From Carcharhinus longimanus (Eukaryota), in assembly GCA_030264375.1 (NCBI GenBank), contig JASCQW010000119.1, positions 8,544,137-8,608,136 on the forward strand: a DNA stretch of 64,000 nt, given 5' to 3'. The translations under genes and the position numbers were made by a program. Below the pieces are notes generated by a model. That model worked only from the letters and a program-made list of their open reading frames with translations. It was not told where the DNA came from and made no database searches. Below are positions 12,901 through 24,429 of the stretch, piece after piece; position 1 is the stretch's first letter, and every line of letters starts with the position of its first letter.

Positions 12901-13498
12901 CACTAATTTCATAGTTGAAATTAAACTCTGTAAGTATGATTGATGTCAGCTCACTTCCAACTCTCACCGCTTATTTTCTTTTTACCTCTCCTCGTTACTA
13001 CGAAATATACCAATTCTAAAAATAATCCACGAAACGCCTCTCAAGCTGTAAACGATGCAACTATTAAAGAATTGCCCGACCTTCCTTACTGCTTTACAAT
13101 AAGCATTTTCACTTGAGTGCTCTACTACTGCAACAATATAAAATCATCCTAGGATTTAAACTTTACAATGGAACAGGAAAGGCAGAACGCAACTCCTTGT
13201 TCTCTGACCAGAATTCTAACTCAGCGCCCATTCACGGTCAGCCATGTCGGCTGATTGCGTCTCATTCCAGAACAGGGCTCGCCAACATTTTCTGCGCAAG
13301 CTCAGTGGGCCTGCTACTCTTTCAAAAAGGTTCTCATTGAAATTCGGCAGAGGTGAGCTGGAACGATTTATACTAGCCAACCTTTCAAAGTATGCACCAC
13401 TGTTGATGTCCCAATCTACGGAAACGTTATTGAAAGCAACCTTTCTCTTCATTTCTGCGAACTGTGAAAGCACGTAATGGGCCAGGCTACTTGAATAT

Positions 13499-13523
13499 CA
13501 CACACACACACACACACACACAC
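13499..13523. repeat. (CA)n microsatellite
   Basis: Directly visible. Confidence 0.95.
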
Positions 13524-15784
13524 CTGGACACACACCTGGTCGCCCTATATTCACTTTTAATCAGGATGGCCTCATAATGTCTACGTAACTTCGAGCAAAA
13601 AAAAGACAACGAAACAAAACTGGTCGGAAACACATCCAATGAAAGAAAAAAATATTACCCTATCATGACATTAGCCTTCACCTCAATGGTAAAACATGAG
13701 GTACGCTTTATGCAACCCAATGACCTGAGTGTGCCGCTCGTGAAAGCGGATCCCACCTGCGCAGAACTCAGTCAATGCAAACCTACAAAAACATTACCAG
13801 GAAACAAAGAAACAAACTGGCAAATGATTACTGCAATATAGATGCTGAGTTGTTGGACATGGGGTAGCAAATCGTCCAATAGGAATTATCAGCACACAAC
13901 AACCGTTGTCACAACATCTTTTTCCTCCATCAGAAACAAACTTCAAAAAAAACGAACATGATTGCAAAATGAAAACTGTTCGCAGACTCTCATCACAATT
14001 CCTGCAAATTGGACTGAATATTTCATTGTGATTGTTGAGAAGAGCAAACGTTCAGTTCTTTCTTCAAAGTTTTTCATGAAACTTGTTAGCCTGGAATCAG
14101 GATGATGTTTCAGGAGGCAGGCGCTCAAGAAAATTTTGAATCTTCCTTAAGAACTCTTTACCATAAATATATGAAAATATTTGGAATGGTATGGCACAGG
14201 GTTTAGAGCCTTGTACCATTTTAAAAAAAACCTCAATCTATGCAGTCAGAAACGCTTAGTTATCGCACACGTTTTCTTTTTAAAAACACATAAATCGCTA
14301 GTTTCAGTTCCACATGCAAAGATATGACGTAAGCACAACTTTCAAATCACGCAGTTCCAGAGAAGTATCTTGGCCAACAAAGGTATTTACTAGTGAGTTT
14401 TCATCGTAGCATGCGCACATGCAGAAACGAACATGCACGCATGCCACCATTGATAGCTACAGCTGCAGCTAAATTGGGACACGAGAAAGATAATTGAGAT
14501 CTGCAACTCCGCCACAAGTTGTTATGTTTAGGACAAAAGATAAGTCGTACTAAATCTGCCTTCTTTAACATGTGTGACCTTTAACATAGATTAAATATAT
14601 TAATTAGAATTGTTCGTGTTGCCAAACTTCGATTTTATCACAATTTCGGCATTATGTGAAATTGATCGATAGTTGTGATTGGAAATACAAAACTTTGTCT
14701 CAAAGTGCAAGTTTTATTGTTTTTTTTTCAAAGGATCTTAATTTTAGTCTTTGATTGATTTGCAGCAGAACTTTGATTTTCTTCCTCGTGGACGACTGTT
14801 TGGTGCTTTGGGAACGGAGCATTCTGTATATCATTATTGCGCCAGATTAAAAAAAAAACCTGAAATACTCTGCTTTGTTCGCACGGAAAGAATATGTCAG
14901 GATCCCTGCAAAGAGATACATATCCTCTTCCGGTACTTTTGCTGCTGATCATCTTTCCAAGCAACGTTGAAAAGTATTTGCAGATCAAGACAGACTTACC
15001 TGCGACTTTCTATTAATGCCTCGTTGTGTTAATGTCACAGTAAAGAGTTATTTAAGCATAGTTGGGAAGTTTTGTTTTACTATCTTAATGAGTTATACAT
15101 ACCTTGGGGTTTGTAAAGAAAAATCAATATGAGGATTGGAATTAACACATAATAAACATGCTGCCAATTTTCTTTGTCAAACGTCCCGAGCAAGTGATGC
15201 AACATCTATGTGTGTTAATTGGTTGACACACGTCTGTGCTTTCCGCACTTCTGCGCACACACCAGAGATAGAGATATATGTCAACGCTCGTTCCCTTGCC
15301 AGAAAAAAAATCAGTGCAACACCTTAGATAACCAAATTATGTTTACCATGTAATACAATAAAGCACATTATAAGCCTTTTGCACGTTAGGATAAAAAACA
15401 AAGTGGTATAATCTCATTCAATAAGCCTTGTAAACAAGTGCTGGCCCCCCACATCTTTCACCTTTGAAGAAAAAGACTTTTGTGTTTTGTTGTTGCAAAA
15501 AACTTGCAAGTACATTTCTTAATCCCAAGGTCGCCTTTGCATCGAGCGCACTGCCTTGGCTCAGTCCGGATCATTATATTTCAAGATGCATGGGTCGCAA
15601 AAAAAAAGGGCGCAGGATTTAATTTTTCACGACAGTGAACTCAGAACAAAATTTGCAAAAGGCCAGAACTAAATTTGGGAAGGAATAAAGGAAAGCAATG
15701 AAAGTGCAGCTCATCGAATGTAACATGGAAAACAAGGCGATTTTGGAATGTGCATTCACTAAGTGGGTGAAGAAATAAATGCAG

Positions 15785-16116
15785 TAGATTGTGCCAATGT
15801 ACTGAACGAGAAGCTGCTTCACGTGGGATCATGTGATTTCTCCGCGAAGTACCCAGGAACACACATGAGGACATAGATAATGTTCTTCTTCAGCGGGCAG
15901 GGTTGGAAAAAGTGCAATTAGTTTCCTAAAATTAGTTCCTTGCAAAGCTGAGTGCATGTACTGTGTTAACGCACTTTCACGCTTCTCAATAAGACGTGGA
16001 ATATGAGGTAGTCAATGCCAAAATTCATTGGATAACTTTCCAATTCCACTTTGGTCAAAGAATATGGTCGACTGCATTTTGTAGGGATAGAGTTGTCAAG
16101 TGTTAAATATTACATC
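15785..16116 (+). repeat. Local direct duplication, copy 1 (copy 2 at about 16712-17048)
   Basis: Shared blocks GCCAATGTAC, GTACCCAGGAACACACATGAGGA, GACGTGGAATATGA and TTTCCAATTCCACTTTGGTCAAA at an offset of about 927-935. Confidence 0.9.
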
Positions 16117-16334
16117 TCTGCTAAGATATTAACGTGGACTTTTCATACTTCATTGATTCATCTTCCTAGCTCAAAGATAGACGATTGTGTACGCTGACAG
16201 AACATCCCCCCGAGACACACTACGTTTTTTTTTTCTCTGCAAAAATGCTCATTCATAGAAGTAAATGTGGGTGGTACGGTGGCATGACTGTTCAAAAGAA
16301 TAACAGTCCACGTGTATCTCTATCTATGTTATGC

Positions 16335-16645
16335 GGGCATGCCACGCTGGCACTGGACAAAGCACTGCCCCTCACAGCGTTAGGGACCCGCATTTTATTC
16401 CGGTCTTGGTTAACTTTATGGAATTTATACATTCCCCTTGCGTCTGCGTGTTTCCTTCAGGTTCTTTCTATTCCTCCCGCAGTCCAAAGATGTGCGAGTT
16501 AGACTGATTGACCATGGTACAGTGACTCGAGTGTCAGGGTCAGCAGTGTAATTATATGGGCTTACGGGGATAGGGCCTGGGTAGGAGTGTGGCCGGTGCA
16601 AACTCGAGGAGCCGAACGGCATATTTCTGCACTGCAGGAATTCGA
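16335..16645 (+). mobile_element. tRNA-derived V-SINE (HE1-like)
   Basis: tRNA-like head, V-domain GCGTCTGCGTGTTTCC...CCTCCCGCAGTCCAAAGATGTGC, CR1-like tail CTCGAGGAGCCGAACGGC. Confidence 0.85.
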
Positions 16646-16711
16646 TGCGAAATATTGCTAATTTACGGGATCGAAATCGGCCCTCCTGGCTAAACACGTT
16701 GCTGAAAATAG

Positions 16712-17048
16712 AAGATTGAGCCAATGTACACAGCGAGAAGCTGTTTAATGTGAAGTCGTGTGTTTTATCCGCTCTGTACCCAGGAACACACATGAGGATA
16801 CAGATCATTTTCTGCTCCTGCTGGCAGCGATGGAAAATGTGCGATTATTTTTGTTTTCTAAAATGTGCTCATTGGATAGCTGAGTGCATTTAACGTATTA
16901 ATGTACATTTACACTTCTCAGTATGGGACGTGGAATATGATACTTCAATACTAACACTCATTGGTTACCTTTCCAATTCCACTTTGGTCAAAAATATGTC
17001 TCAATGCATTTTGTGGGGATGGAGTTTTCACGTATTCAATGCTACATC
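16712..17048 (+). repeat. Local direct duplication, copy 2
   Basis: See copy 1. Confidence 0.9.
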
Positions 17049-17198
17049 ATATAGTTTGCTTACGTTTGTGCTTCTTACTTATGTAGTCTTACAAGTAAGA
17101 AGCACAGACGTAAATGGACTATAGAAGGGTACTTATCCACATTCCGTTTTCATTGCCAGGAACTATTCACACACAACATCATCATGTTAATCGGAGGG

Positions 17199-18015
17199 TG
17201 TAGCAGGCCATGATGAAACCTCAGATTACAGGAATTTTAAATCAATGCAAGTTAGCTCGGGAACATTAGCCTTATGCCAAATATAACACGAAAAGCCTCA
17301 TATATTATGCCAAAACATTGTTTATTAACCACACATACCATGGGTTTTAAGAAGTTATGTGACTTTGAAAATGAATTTTAAAGGTATTTCTGAGCCTTAG
17401 TCAAAACTAATTGCCACGTCGCGTAATGGGAAAGAAGTTAAATCAGGCAGATTGCATTCTGTGCGAGGGAGAGGACGCAATAACCTTCAAGTAACTGCAG
17501 CTGGAGTATTGCTGAAATTATTGGTCAACAGAAATCTTCAAGTGCCTACTGAAATGAATGGAAGTATTCAGAGTTTGCTGGTAAAGCTAAGACCGACTAG
17601 AAAGTGAATCATTATCAATTATGTGGTTTGAAAACTGCCTGATGTGCGTAAGCATTTTGCTCAACGATAGAGGAAAGAATTTTGGGTCGAATCAACCGGT
17701 GAATTCCTCATTCTGACTGGAGGTAGAATGATATTAGCCAAAGTGTTAAAGTAATTGAGCCACCCAGTCTGTATGACAGATTGACCCGGAATACAGACTT
17801 TCGAAAACGCTATATCAATTTTGCTCATGTGAGGTAAATTTAGAGAGAAGTTGAAATGTTTCCTGCATTTCTTTCCCAACATGTATTGGCCAGTTAAAGA
17901 CACGTGTTTGAATCAGGACGCTGAGTTCACGAGACTTCGTATTTAACATAAGTGTTTACAGTACACAGCACCAAAAGGTATCCACGTCCCCCCTCCCCGC
18001 CCTCCCACCCCAACA
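17199..18015 (+). repeat. 5' LTR of ERV A (left boundary tentative)
   Basis: 17719-18015 aligns to 21952-22225 at roughly 70% by eye. The proposed start TGTAGCAGG is an imperfect inverted repeat of the 3' LTR end CCTGCCAACA. Flanks GAGGG and GAGTG resemble a 5-bp TSD. Confidence 0.55.
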
Positions 18016-18019
18016 ACTT

Positions 18020-18037
18020 AGACGCTGCGAGCATGGT
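18020..18037 (+). promoter_or_regulatory. Primer binding site, tRNA-Ser-like
   Basis: AGACGCTGCGAGCATGGT, 4 nt after the LTR end. It matches 14/18 to TGGCGCAGCGAGCAGGGT, the complement of the vertebrate tRNA-Ser(UGA) 3' end as I recall it. Confidence 0.55.
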
Positions 18038-18419
18038 CAAATCACTGGATTCGGATGGGAGGACGTGACTGTTAGGGACGGGAGGACGTTTTATTTTAAA
18101 TACTCCAAAGTAGCTTGGCGAGTGGATGCCCTACCGACAGAGCCATAAAATGCCTCGCCCGAGTCGGCATAAGGCTATGCAAAACAATATCACTGACTGG
18201 TAAACCACACAAACAGGGCGCTGTAGAGGGACACACGTTGCTTCCCTGAAGAGCCAAGCGAAAATCCATGTGATGGGGTAACACGTGAGAGATTGATTCG
18301 GTGTAATCGGGGTGACTGCCGGTGAGAATGATCCTTGAGCATTTCACCTAACAAAGCTAAAAGCTGCACGATGAGTAAGCGCGGGAAGGGAGAACCTGTT
18401 ACATTAACATATTAGGGAT

Positions 18420-18818
18420 ATGGCAATCAGTTGTGGGCCGGAAACAAGGAGGAATTGGTTAGCAGAAAAGTGTGTTTGGAAAAAAAATAGAAACGTTTCG
18501 AGAGCGCTGAAGGGAGTGCAAGTCTTGCCCTGGGGGACGAAAGTTTTTTTTTTGAAATTGTCGGGTGTGTTGCGAGCGAGAGGCGCAGAGTTAAGAAATG
18601 GGAGTGAGACAGCAATGCATACACCCCGTTTGATCAGGGAGCGTGAGATTAGACGGGTTGGAGCGCTATGTGCGGTGGAGTAGGGTAGGGCAAATGATGT
18701 AATCTTGCTTTTATATGTTGGACGAAAGAAGGTGAAGGTTTCTGTTTATGTTTGTGAGTTCGATAAATCACTTTCCCCAGTTGTAAATTCTACGAAAGTA
18801 AAATCGATACAGGGTTAA
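18420..18818 (+). pseudogene. ERV A gag end and protease start (decayed)
   Basis: Eroded CCHC knuckle CRVC...RGAELRNG near 18559-18603 (needs a frameshift). TAG at 18681-18683 is followed in frame by GRANDVILLLYVGRKKVKVSVYVCEFDKSLS...KSIQG (cf. VGGxxVxFLVDTGAxxS...IQG); the catalytic DTG is lost. Confidence 0.45.
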
Positions 18819-19899
18819 GTTCAAAGCGATTGGGTATATTTAAAAAAAAAATACTTGAATTAGATCGATGTTGGAAATGATCAGTAGACACGAATATGTT
18901 CATTAAAATATAATAATTCGACAGAGGTTTTACCCCTGTCTTTTTAGAAAACGAAATTTAAAAACTTCATCAATCTCAACAAGGCACGTTACGTTTCGAT
19001 AGTCGCAAACAGCCTCAATTATTTCAGCAAACTTTTTATTTTTTTGTACCATTCTGCGGCTGGGAGCAGTGTTGGGGAATTAATTAAACATGCCCATTTT
19101 AAGCTTAAACTGAAGAGGTATGTCGGCTTAAAAATCGTAACTTAGTAGTGTTATTTAAGAGAAGTATCATACATTTTGTATCGGACTAATGGTACGATTA
19201 GCAATTTAAAAAATATATAATTAAGTGCTGAAAAAAAGGCTAGTACGAACTTTTTATTTGGATTGCCAATAAAAATTGATGATTTCATGACGTCTTGTTA
19301 AGTAAATCCACTCCAACCTTTTAAAGTAAACAGGGAATTGTTCAATTTTGTGTAAAACAAGATGGTTCGTTATGTTTAAATTTTTGCAGTAACTTGGAGC
19401 CAATATAAGAGCAATTGGAAACACAAATCAAAATCTCGTGTGTGTGTGTGTGTGTCGGGGGCGGGGGGGAGGGGTGGAAACATTCAGTGAGGAGGTTACA
19501 CAGGAAAGAATATGTTTTGTAACGTGAAGTGTACATTCGTCCCTATCGGATAATTTATGCTCACATCACCAGACAAATTAAGGCTGTTCAACAATGATAG
19601 TTACCTCATAGCATGTTTGTTGAATTATGAGGAGTCGATGTTCAAATGTTTGAATCAATCACAAGGTTGAGAGAAGTTGTTCAAAGGCATTGTTGTAAAT
19701 TTGGAATATTTGAAGGTCGAGAGTTGCCCTACCTGCCAGTTTGGCTCAAACGGAAAACGTCTTCCGCTAGTAAACTGACAGATTATTATAATTAGAGATT
19801 GGAGAATAAATCCAGTGGAATAAATGAACATTAGTGGAAACGAATATGCGTCGTGATATGTTGTACGTATTGGGAGTGAAAAGTGAACAGGTTAATAAT

Positions 19900-20487
19900 A
19901 ATGGTGTTTCTCGATTTTCAAAGGGTGTTTGATGAGGTGACGCACAAAAGGTTGCTTCAGAAGGTTAGGGGGCATGGAATTGGGGGTAAGGTGCTAGCGT
20001 GGATAGAGGATTGTTTGTCCAATAGGAGGCAGAAAGTTAGTATCAATGGGTGATATTCTGATTGGCGGTTGGTGTCTAGTGGAGTGCCGCAGAGATCGGT
20101 GCTGGTGCCTCAGCTACTTACCATTCATATAGATGATCTGGAGGAGGGCGCTGAGTGTAGGGTAACAACATTTGCTGATGACACAAAGATGAGTGGAAAA
20201 GCAAATTGTGCGGAGGGTGTGGAAAGCCTGCAGAGGGATCTGGATAGGCTGAGCGAGTGGGCGAGGACCTGGCAGATGGAGTACAATGTTAGCAAGTGTG
20301 AGGTNNNNNNNNNNNNNNNNNNNNNNNNNNNNNNNNNNNNNNNNNNNNNNNNNNNNNNNNNNNNNNNNNNNNNNNNNNNNNNNNNNNNNNNNNNNNNNNN
20401 NNNNAGCCGTGATCTTATTGAATGGTGGGGTAGACTCGAAGGGCTAGATGGCCTGCTCCTGCTACTAATTCTTATGTTCTTATGTTA
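19900..20487 (+). mobile_element. CR1 LINE (RT and 3' UTR, spans a gap) inserted in ERV A pol
   Basis: SGVPQRSVLVPQL...FADDTKMSG...LQRDLDRLSEWARTWQMEYNVSKCE; tail TTCTTATGTTCTTATG. Confidence 0.95.
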
Positions 20488-20522
20488 ACAAAGGAACGGT
20501 GATTGTAGGAGAGAAAAAAAAA

Positions 20523-20650
20523 ACAGCACAATTAACAGAGTTTTGGACTTTAGTACTGACCAATGGACAATGGATCAATGTTTATACCAGTATTAGATAT
20601 GCGAATGGAATAATGAACAATTACATGGCAGCCTGGAGTATACGCGATAT
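20523..20650 (+). pseudogene. ERV A RNase H relic
   Basis: One open frame: TAQLTEFWTLVLTNGQWINVYTSIRYANGIMNNYMAAWSIRD (cf. retroviral SAQxAELxAL...VNIYTDSRYAFG...W..RG). Confidence 0.75.
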
Positions 20651-21059
20651 TGAGTTGGATTGGTGTGGGCAGAGTTAGAATTCTCACCATGTTAATGTCC
20701 AACAGGTGGAGATGATGTGGTGTTGTGATTTCTAGTGGGGGGCACATACAACATGCGGATTAAGTTGGAATTTACTGTGAGCAGCTCACAGTCACCGAGA
20801 AGCGGCAGTAATGCTATGTCAAGCCCGCCAGAAGATTACAAATCAGTTGGAAGGCGGAAGCAGCTTAGGTTACAAAGTGGCGAATACTTGAGCGGAAAAT
20901 GATTGGGAATGAAAACAAGCTACAGGGGAAACAAACATTGTTGCCAGACACTGTTCGAATGTCGATCCGAAAATAAGTGTACGAACAAGAAGATGATGAG
21001 GAAAATAAAATGAGAGAGAAGGAAGGAAGAAATGTCTTAATGGGTTCTGGGGAAGTGGA

Positions 21060-21940
21060 GGAAAATATTTCCCCTCGACGTAATCGCTGATGACACTTAC
21101 ATCAACGATTAGCACATGAACGCGGAGACAAAATATTTCATTTGCCAAGGGAAATTTGGTGGCTGAAACAGCTGTGAACATATGTGGAGACATTTTGACT
21201 TTTTTGTTTCAGCGCGCCCGACTGGAGCCAGCTCGTACCTTGGGGGAAGTTGGACATTAAAATTGAAAATCAACGACGACCCACATCACCAGAGGTAAAT
21301 GCACAAATCTACTTTACAAGCCTTTGGCCATGATCCAAGAATAAGTGTATTGTTTGATAATTGTGGATCAGTTAACTATTGGTGAATGAGATAATACCTA
21401 TATGGGGAATTTTGGTTCAGATCAGGCAACTCTTTTCACAAGCAGATCTTAAAAGGAAGTATGCCGGATGTTAGGAAGCAAGCGAAGATTTAATGTGCCA
21501 GAACATCTTCCGACCAGAGGTGTGGTGAAATTTAAGAACCGAGAACTGAAGGACAGGGTAGCTAAAGCTATTATAGACGAATGAACTAATAGGCTGCAGA
21601 CTTTGCATGCAATATGTCTGCGACAAAGTGCTGTCTCAACTCACGGAAAAGTGCTAACTCACCCCTTTTTGAAGTGATGACTGGCAGTGCAATGCGCATC
21701 CCCGAGGATGCAATTACAGGTGGAAAAAAACTTGAGTTAGGCCAAGGGGCAGTAGTTTAATGCATGAGGAATTTGAAGATCGTTGACATTTTGATGTAAA
21801 TCAGGCACTCAAGCAGCAGCAGGAAGGTTGGGCTACAAAGGCTGGAGAGCACAGTTATGAATTGACTACAGCAGCAGGTACCATAATAGTGAAACTGATA
21901 TAGACAAAAAGGGATAGGATGTCCTTGGGAAGGTTGTACC
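21060..21940 (+). pseudogene. ERV A integrase relic
   Basis: AQIYFT...LIIVDQLT / LVNEIIPIWGI / from 21417 SDQATLFTSRS*KEVCRMLGSKRRFNVPEHLPTRGVVKFKNRELKDRVAKAI / FEVMTGSAMRIP / PWEG. This follows rve core order. Confidence 0.8.
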
Positions 21941-21951
21941 TAATTATGCCA

Positions 21952-22225
21952 GGAGGTAGAATGCTCTTAGCCAAGGTAAATAACGTAATTGGATCATTCA
22001 ATCTGTATGTCATTTTGGGCAGGAAAACAAACTTTCAGAAAAAGGTTAATCAGATTTTCTCAAAAGATGTGATTTCAGAGAATAGTTAGAGTCCATTTTG
22101 TATCTCTCGCCCAATGCGTGTTTGTCAAATAAAGACACGTCTATGAATCAGGACATGAGTTTGCACTTTTCCGTATTCAGGTTAAGTTTAGGAATGCACA
22201 GCCTCAAAATGATCTCCTGCCAACA
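21952..22225 (+). repeat. 3' LTR of ERV A (U3 start deleted)
   Basis: Paralogous to 17719-18015, contains AATAAA at about 22128, and ends CCAACA. Confidence 0.65.
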
Positions 22226-22529
22226 GAGTGTATATGGTGACAATGGTTGCTGGAGCATCACATGTTTAGTTGAAATTCCCAGCTGTGATAAGTTGTTATA
22301 CTGGAACTTGTTTTTATCAATTTAACCGAATCAAATAATAATAGTGCATGAGACAGAAAAGTATGTGGTTTATTGTTATGTCATTGAATTGAAAACCACT
22401 GGCTAAGACAAAAATGAAGTCGCAGCATTAAACGATTCTTCTGTGTAAGGTCTGAATTACACTCTTGAACTCCTCCTCCCCCCACCCCCCACCTCTTTAA
22501 AAATTGGCAAATCATTTTGCATCTTTATA

Positions 22530-22839
22530 GAATTTTAGTTAGACCGCACTTGAACTATTGTGTACATTTCTGATTGCCATACTACCAGAAGGATGTGGAG
22601 CTTTGGGGAGGGTAAAGAAGAGATTTACCAGGTTGCTGCTTATAACGGAGGACATTTTCTTTGAGGAGAGGTTGGAGCAACTTGATATGTTCTTACAAGG
22701 GCGACGGTGGTTGAGGCTGATGGAATTCCACACAAATAAGAGGGTCGAGGACAGAGTGGATTGCCAATATCTTTTTCGCAGGGTGAAAACATTTAATTAC
22801 TAGCGAGCGGAGGTTTTAGGTGCGAGGGCAAGGTGTATT
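22530..22839 (+). mobile_element. CR1 ORF2 3' fragment, runs into a gap
   Basis: AGACCGCACTTGAACTATTGTGTACATTTC...AAGAAGAGATTTACCAGG (RPHLEYC...RFTR region). Confidence 0.85.
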
Positions 22840-23119
22840 NNNNNNNNNNNNNNNNNNNNNNNNNNNNNNNNNNNNNNNNNNNNNNNNNNNNNNNNNNNNN
22901 NNNNNNNNNNNNNNNNNNNNNNNNNNNNNNNNNNNNNNNTTTTGCTGTATTTCCACATGCTGTTACCCTTTTCTGCTTTTATGGGGCTGGTGCTTACACA
23001 ATCCTCCCTGGCAATTGGGCGGACACCTGCCTCAGTATCCATATTTCCTCTGAGACACCTGGTTCAGTCGACTATCCACCCTCACCGTCCACAATCGCCT
23101 AGGCTTCACGAAGCGTCAG

Positions 23120-23700
23120 AAATGCTCAGTTTTGAACTGTGTCATTGACTGTAACACTGGCTTCCACCAGTTTGTCCAAGAACTCCTTGCCGCTCTTGGT
23201 GTATCAGAATTAGAAGGAGCCCGTCTTAATATTTCTGCTGCGGTGGAACTAACTGACATCTGTAATGTGGACTTCACTAAGGGCCTCCAGTCGCAAATTT
23301 CCCTCTTTTTGATGTGGTGTAGTTGCACCAGGTGGCCCTTGGTGTCTTAGCAGGAAGAATGGAGACTTTGTGCGGCTGTAAATGAAACATGCTGCCTCTA
23401 ATCAAATCGGACCAGAGAAGTCGGACCGATACACATACTAATGAGCATTAGTATGTGTATCGGTCCCCTGCATTCAGTTGCTTATGAAAAGCCTATTTCA
23501 TTGGTGCGATTGCCGCCCTAGCATTTACGGGTGGTTTGGTGTTTTTGTTTAACTCTTCTCAAATAAATTGTTGTTGCCCTTGCCATTCTCATTGTCCTGT
23601 ACGCCGCATTTTTTTTTGCTGTACTCATGGCATTTGTCGTCCTGCTGGTCCTATCCACAGCCTCGGCCTCCATCTGCTTCCTCTCCTCCCAACCTACGAA
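23120..23700 (-). mobile_element. L1-clade ORF1 relic
   Basis: Minus-strand DNENGKGNNNL (cf. DLENRxRRNN) and SDTPRAA/KEFLDKL (cf. FxxPxxAxxFL C-terminus). Very decayed. Confidence 0.4.
23423..23466. repeat. Perfect inverted repeat, 21-bp arms, 2-nt spacer
   Basis: GGACCGATACACATACTAATG-AG-CATTAGTATGTGTATCGGTCC. Confidence 0.97.
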
Positions 23701-24429
23701 TTTAGAACCTAACGTGCATCTAGTGGAGGGCCCATCGGATTGCTCATAAAGGACAAAATGGGGGACTTGTGGAATTTTAGTTGTGAATACAGCTATGACT
23801 AATACTTAATTCACTTCTACCTCCACATTTCTCACTTGGAAGAACACCATGGCGTTCCTGAATCTTGTAAAGCTGTAGTTAAAACAAGGGCTGAGAGGAA
23901 AGAAGTCGGTTGCAACAATTGTGGACATTGAGTTATGACAAACCACCTGATAGGTAATGAAAATAGTTATTAGTTAGCGATGCGTTTTGTAAAGCCAAAG
24001 CTTATTCACGCAGTTTAAGTGGCTAACAATCCTTTCACTGGTTTCATAAACATTGAATTCCAGAGCTAGGAAACGGGGGAAGGAAAGAAAAGGTGTCAAG
24101 ACAAATACCAATATAGCATGCTATTATGACGTACTGCACAAAGGAAGGAGATGTTTCTCTAATGGATTACAAAAAGGGGGGGTGGGGGGGGGGAGGTGGG
24201 AGGGGAAACCTGTGCTATCATTGGCGGACTGTGTATGCAAATGAAGGATTAAAATGTTTTTCACTTCACATTCACGACAATTAATTGCAACTGCTAAGAA
24301 TCTGTATGCGTCAACATGGTGAAGTTTGTTATTCACTGTCTCTTCCCACTGCTAGCAGGTAATAAATGATAATTTTTAAAAAAACTTATAGATTTGATTA
24401 TTCACCGTCCATTGTCTGTTCAATCCTCG

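Larger units (their letters stand above)
17199..22225 (+). mobile_element. Ancient endogenous retrovirus A (LTR-PBS-gag-pro-pol-LTR, env absent), class I/epsilon-like by motifs
   Basis: Diverged direct repeats 17719-18015 and 21952-22225, both ending CCAACA. PBS-like 18020-18037, amber junction at 18681, RNase H 20523-20650, integrase about 21060-21940. A CR1 is inserted at 19900-20487. Confidence 0.75.

Noticed and set aside
13113-13477. Protein-looking ORFs on both strands
   Set aside because: No recognisable motif and no convincing acceptor-donor pair; overlapping ORFs of this length are expected by chance.
18108-18130. TGGCGAG as a tRNA-Arg PBS
   Set aside because: Only 7 nt match and it is about 100 nt from the LTR end; 18020-18037 fits better.
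18000-18700. CpG-rich block as a host gene promoter
   Set aside because: Explained by the ERV A leader and gag region.
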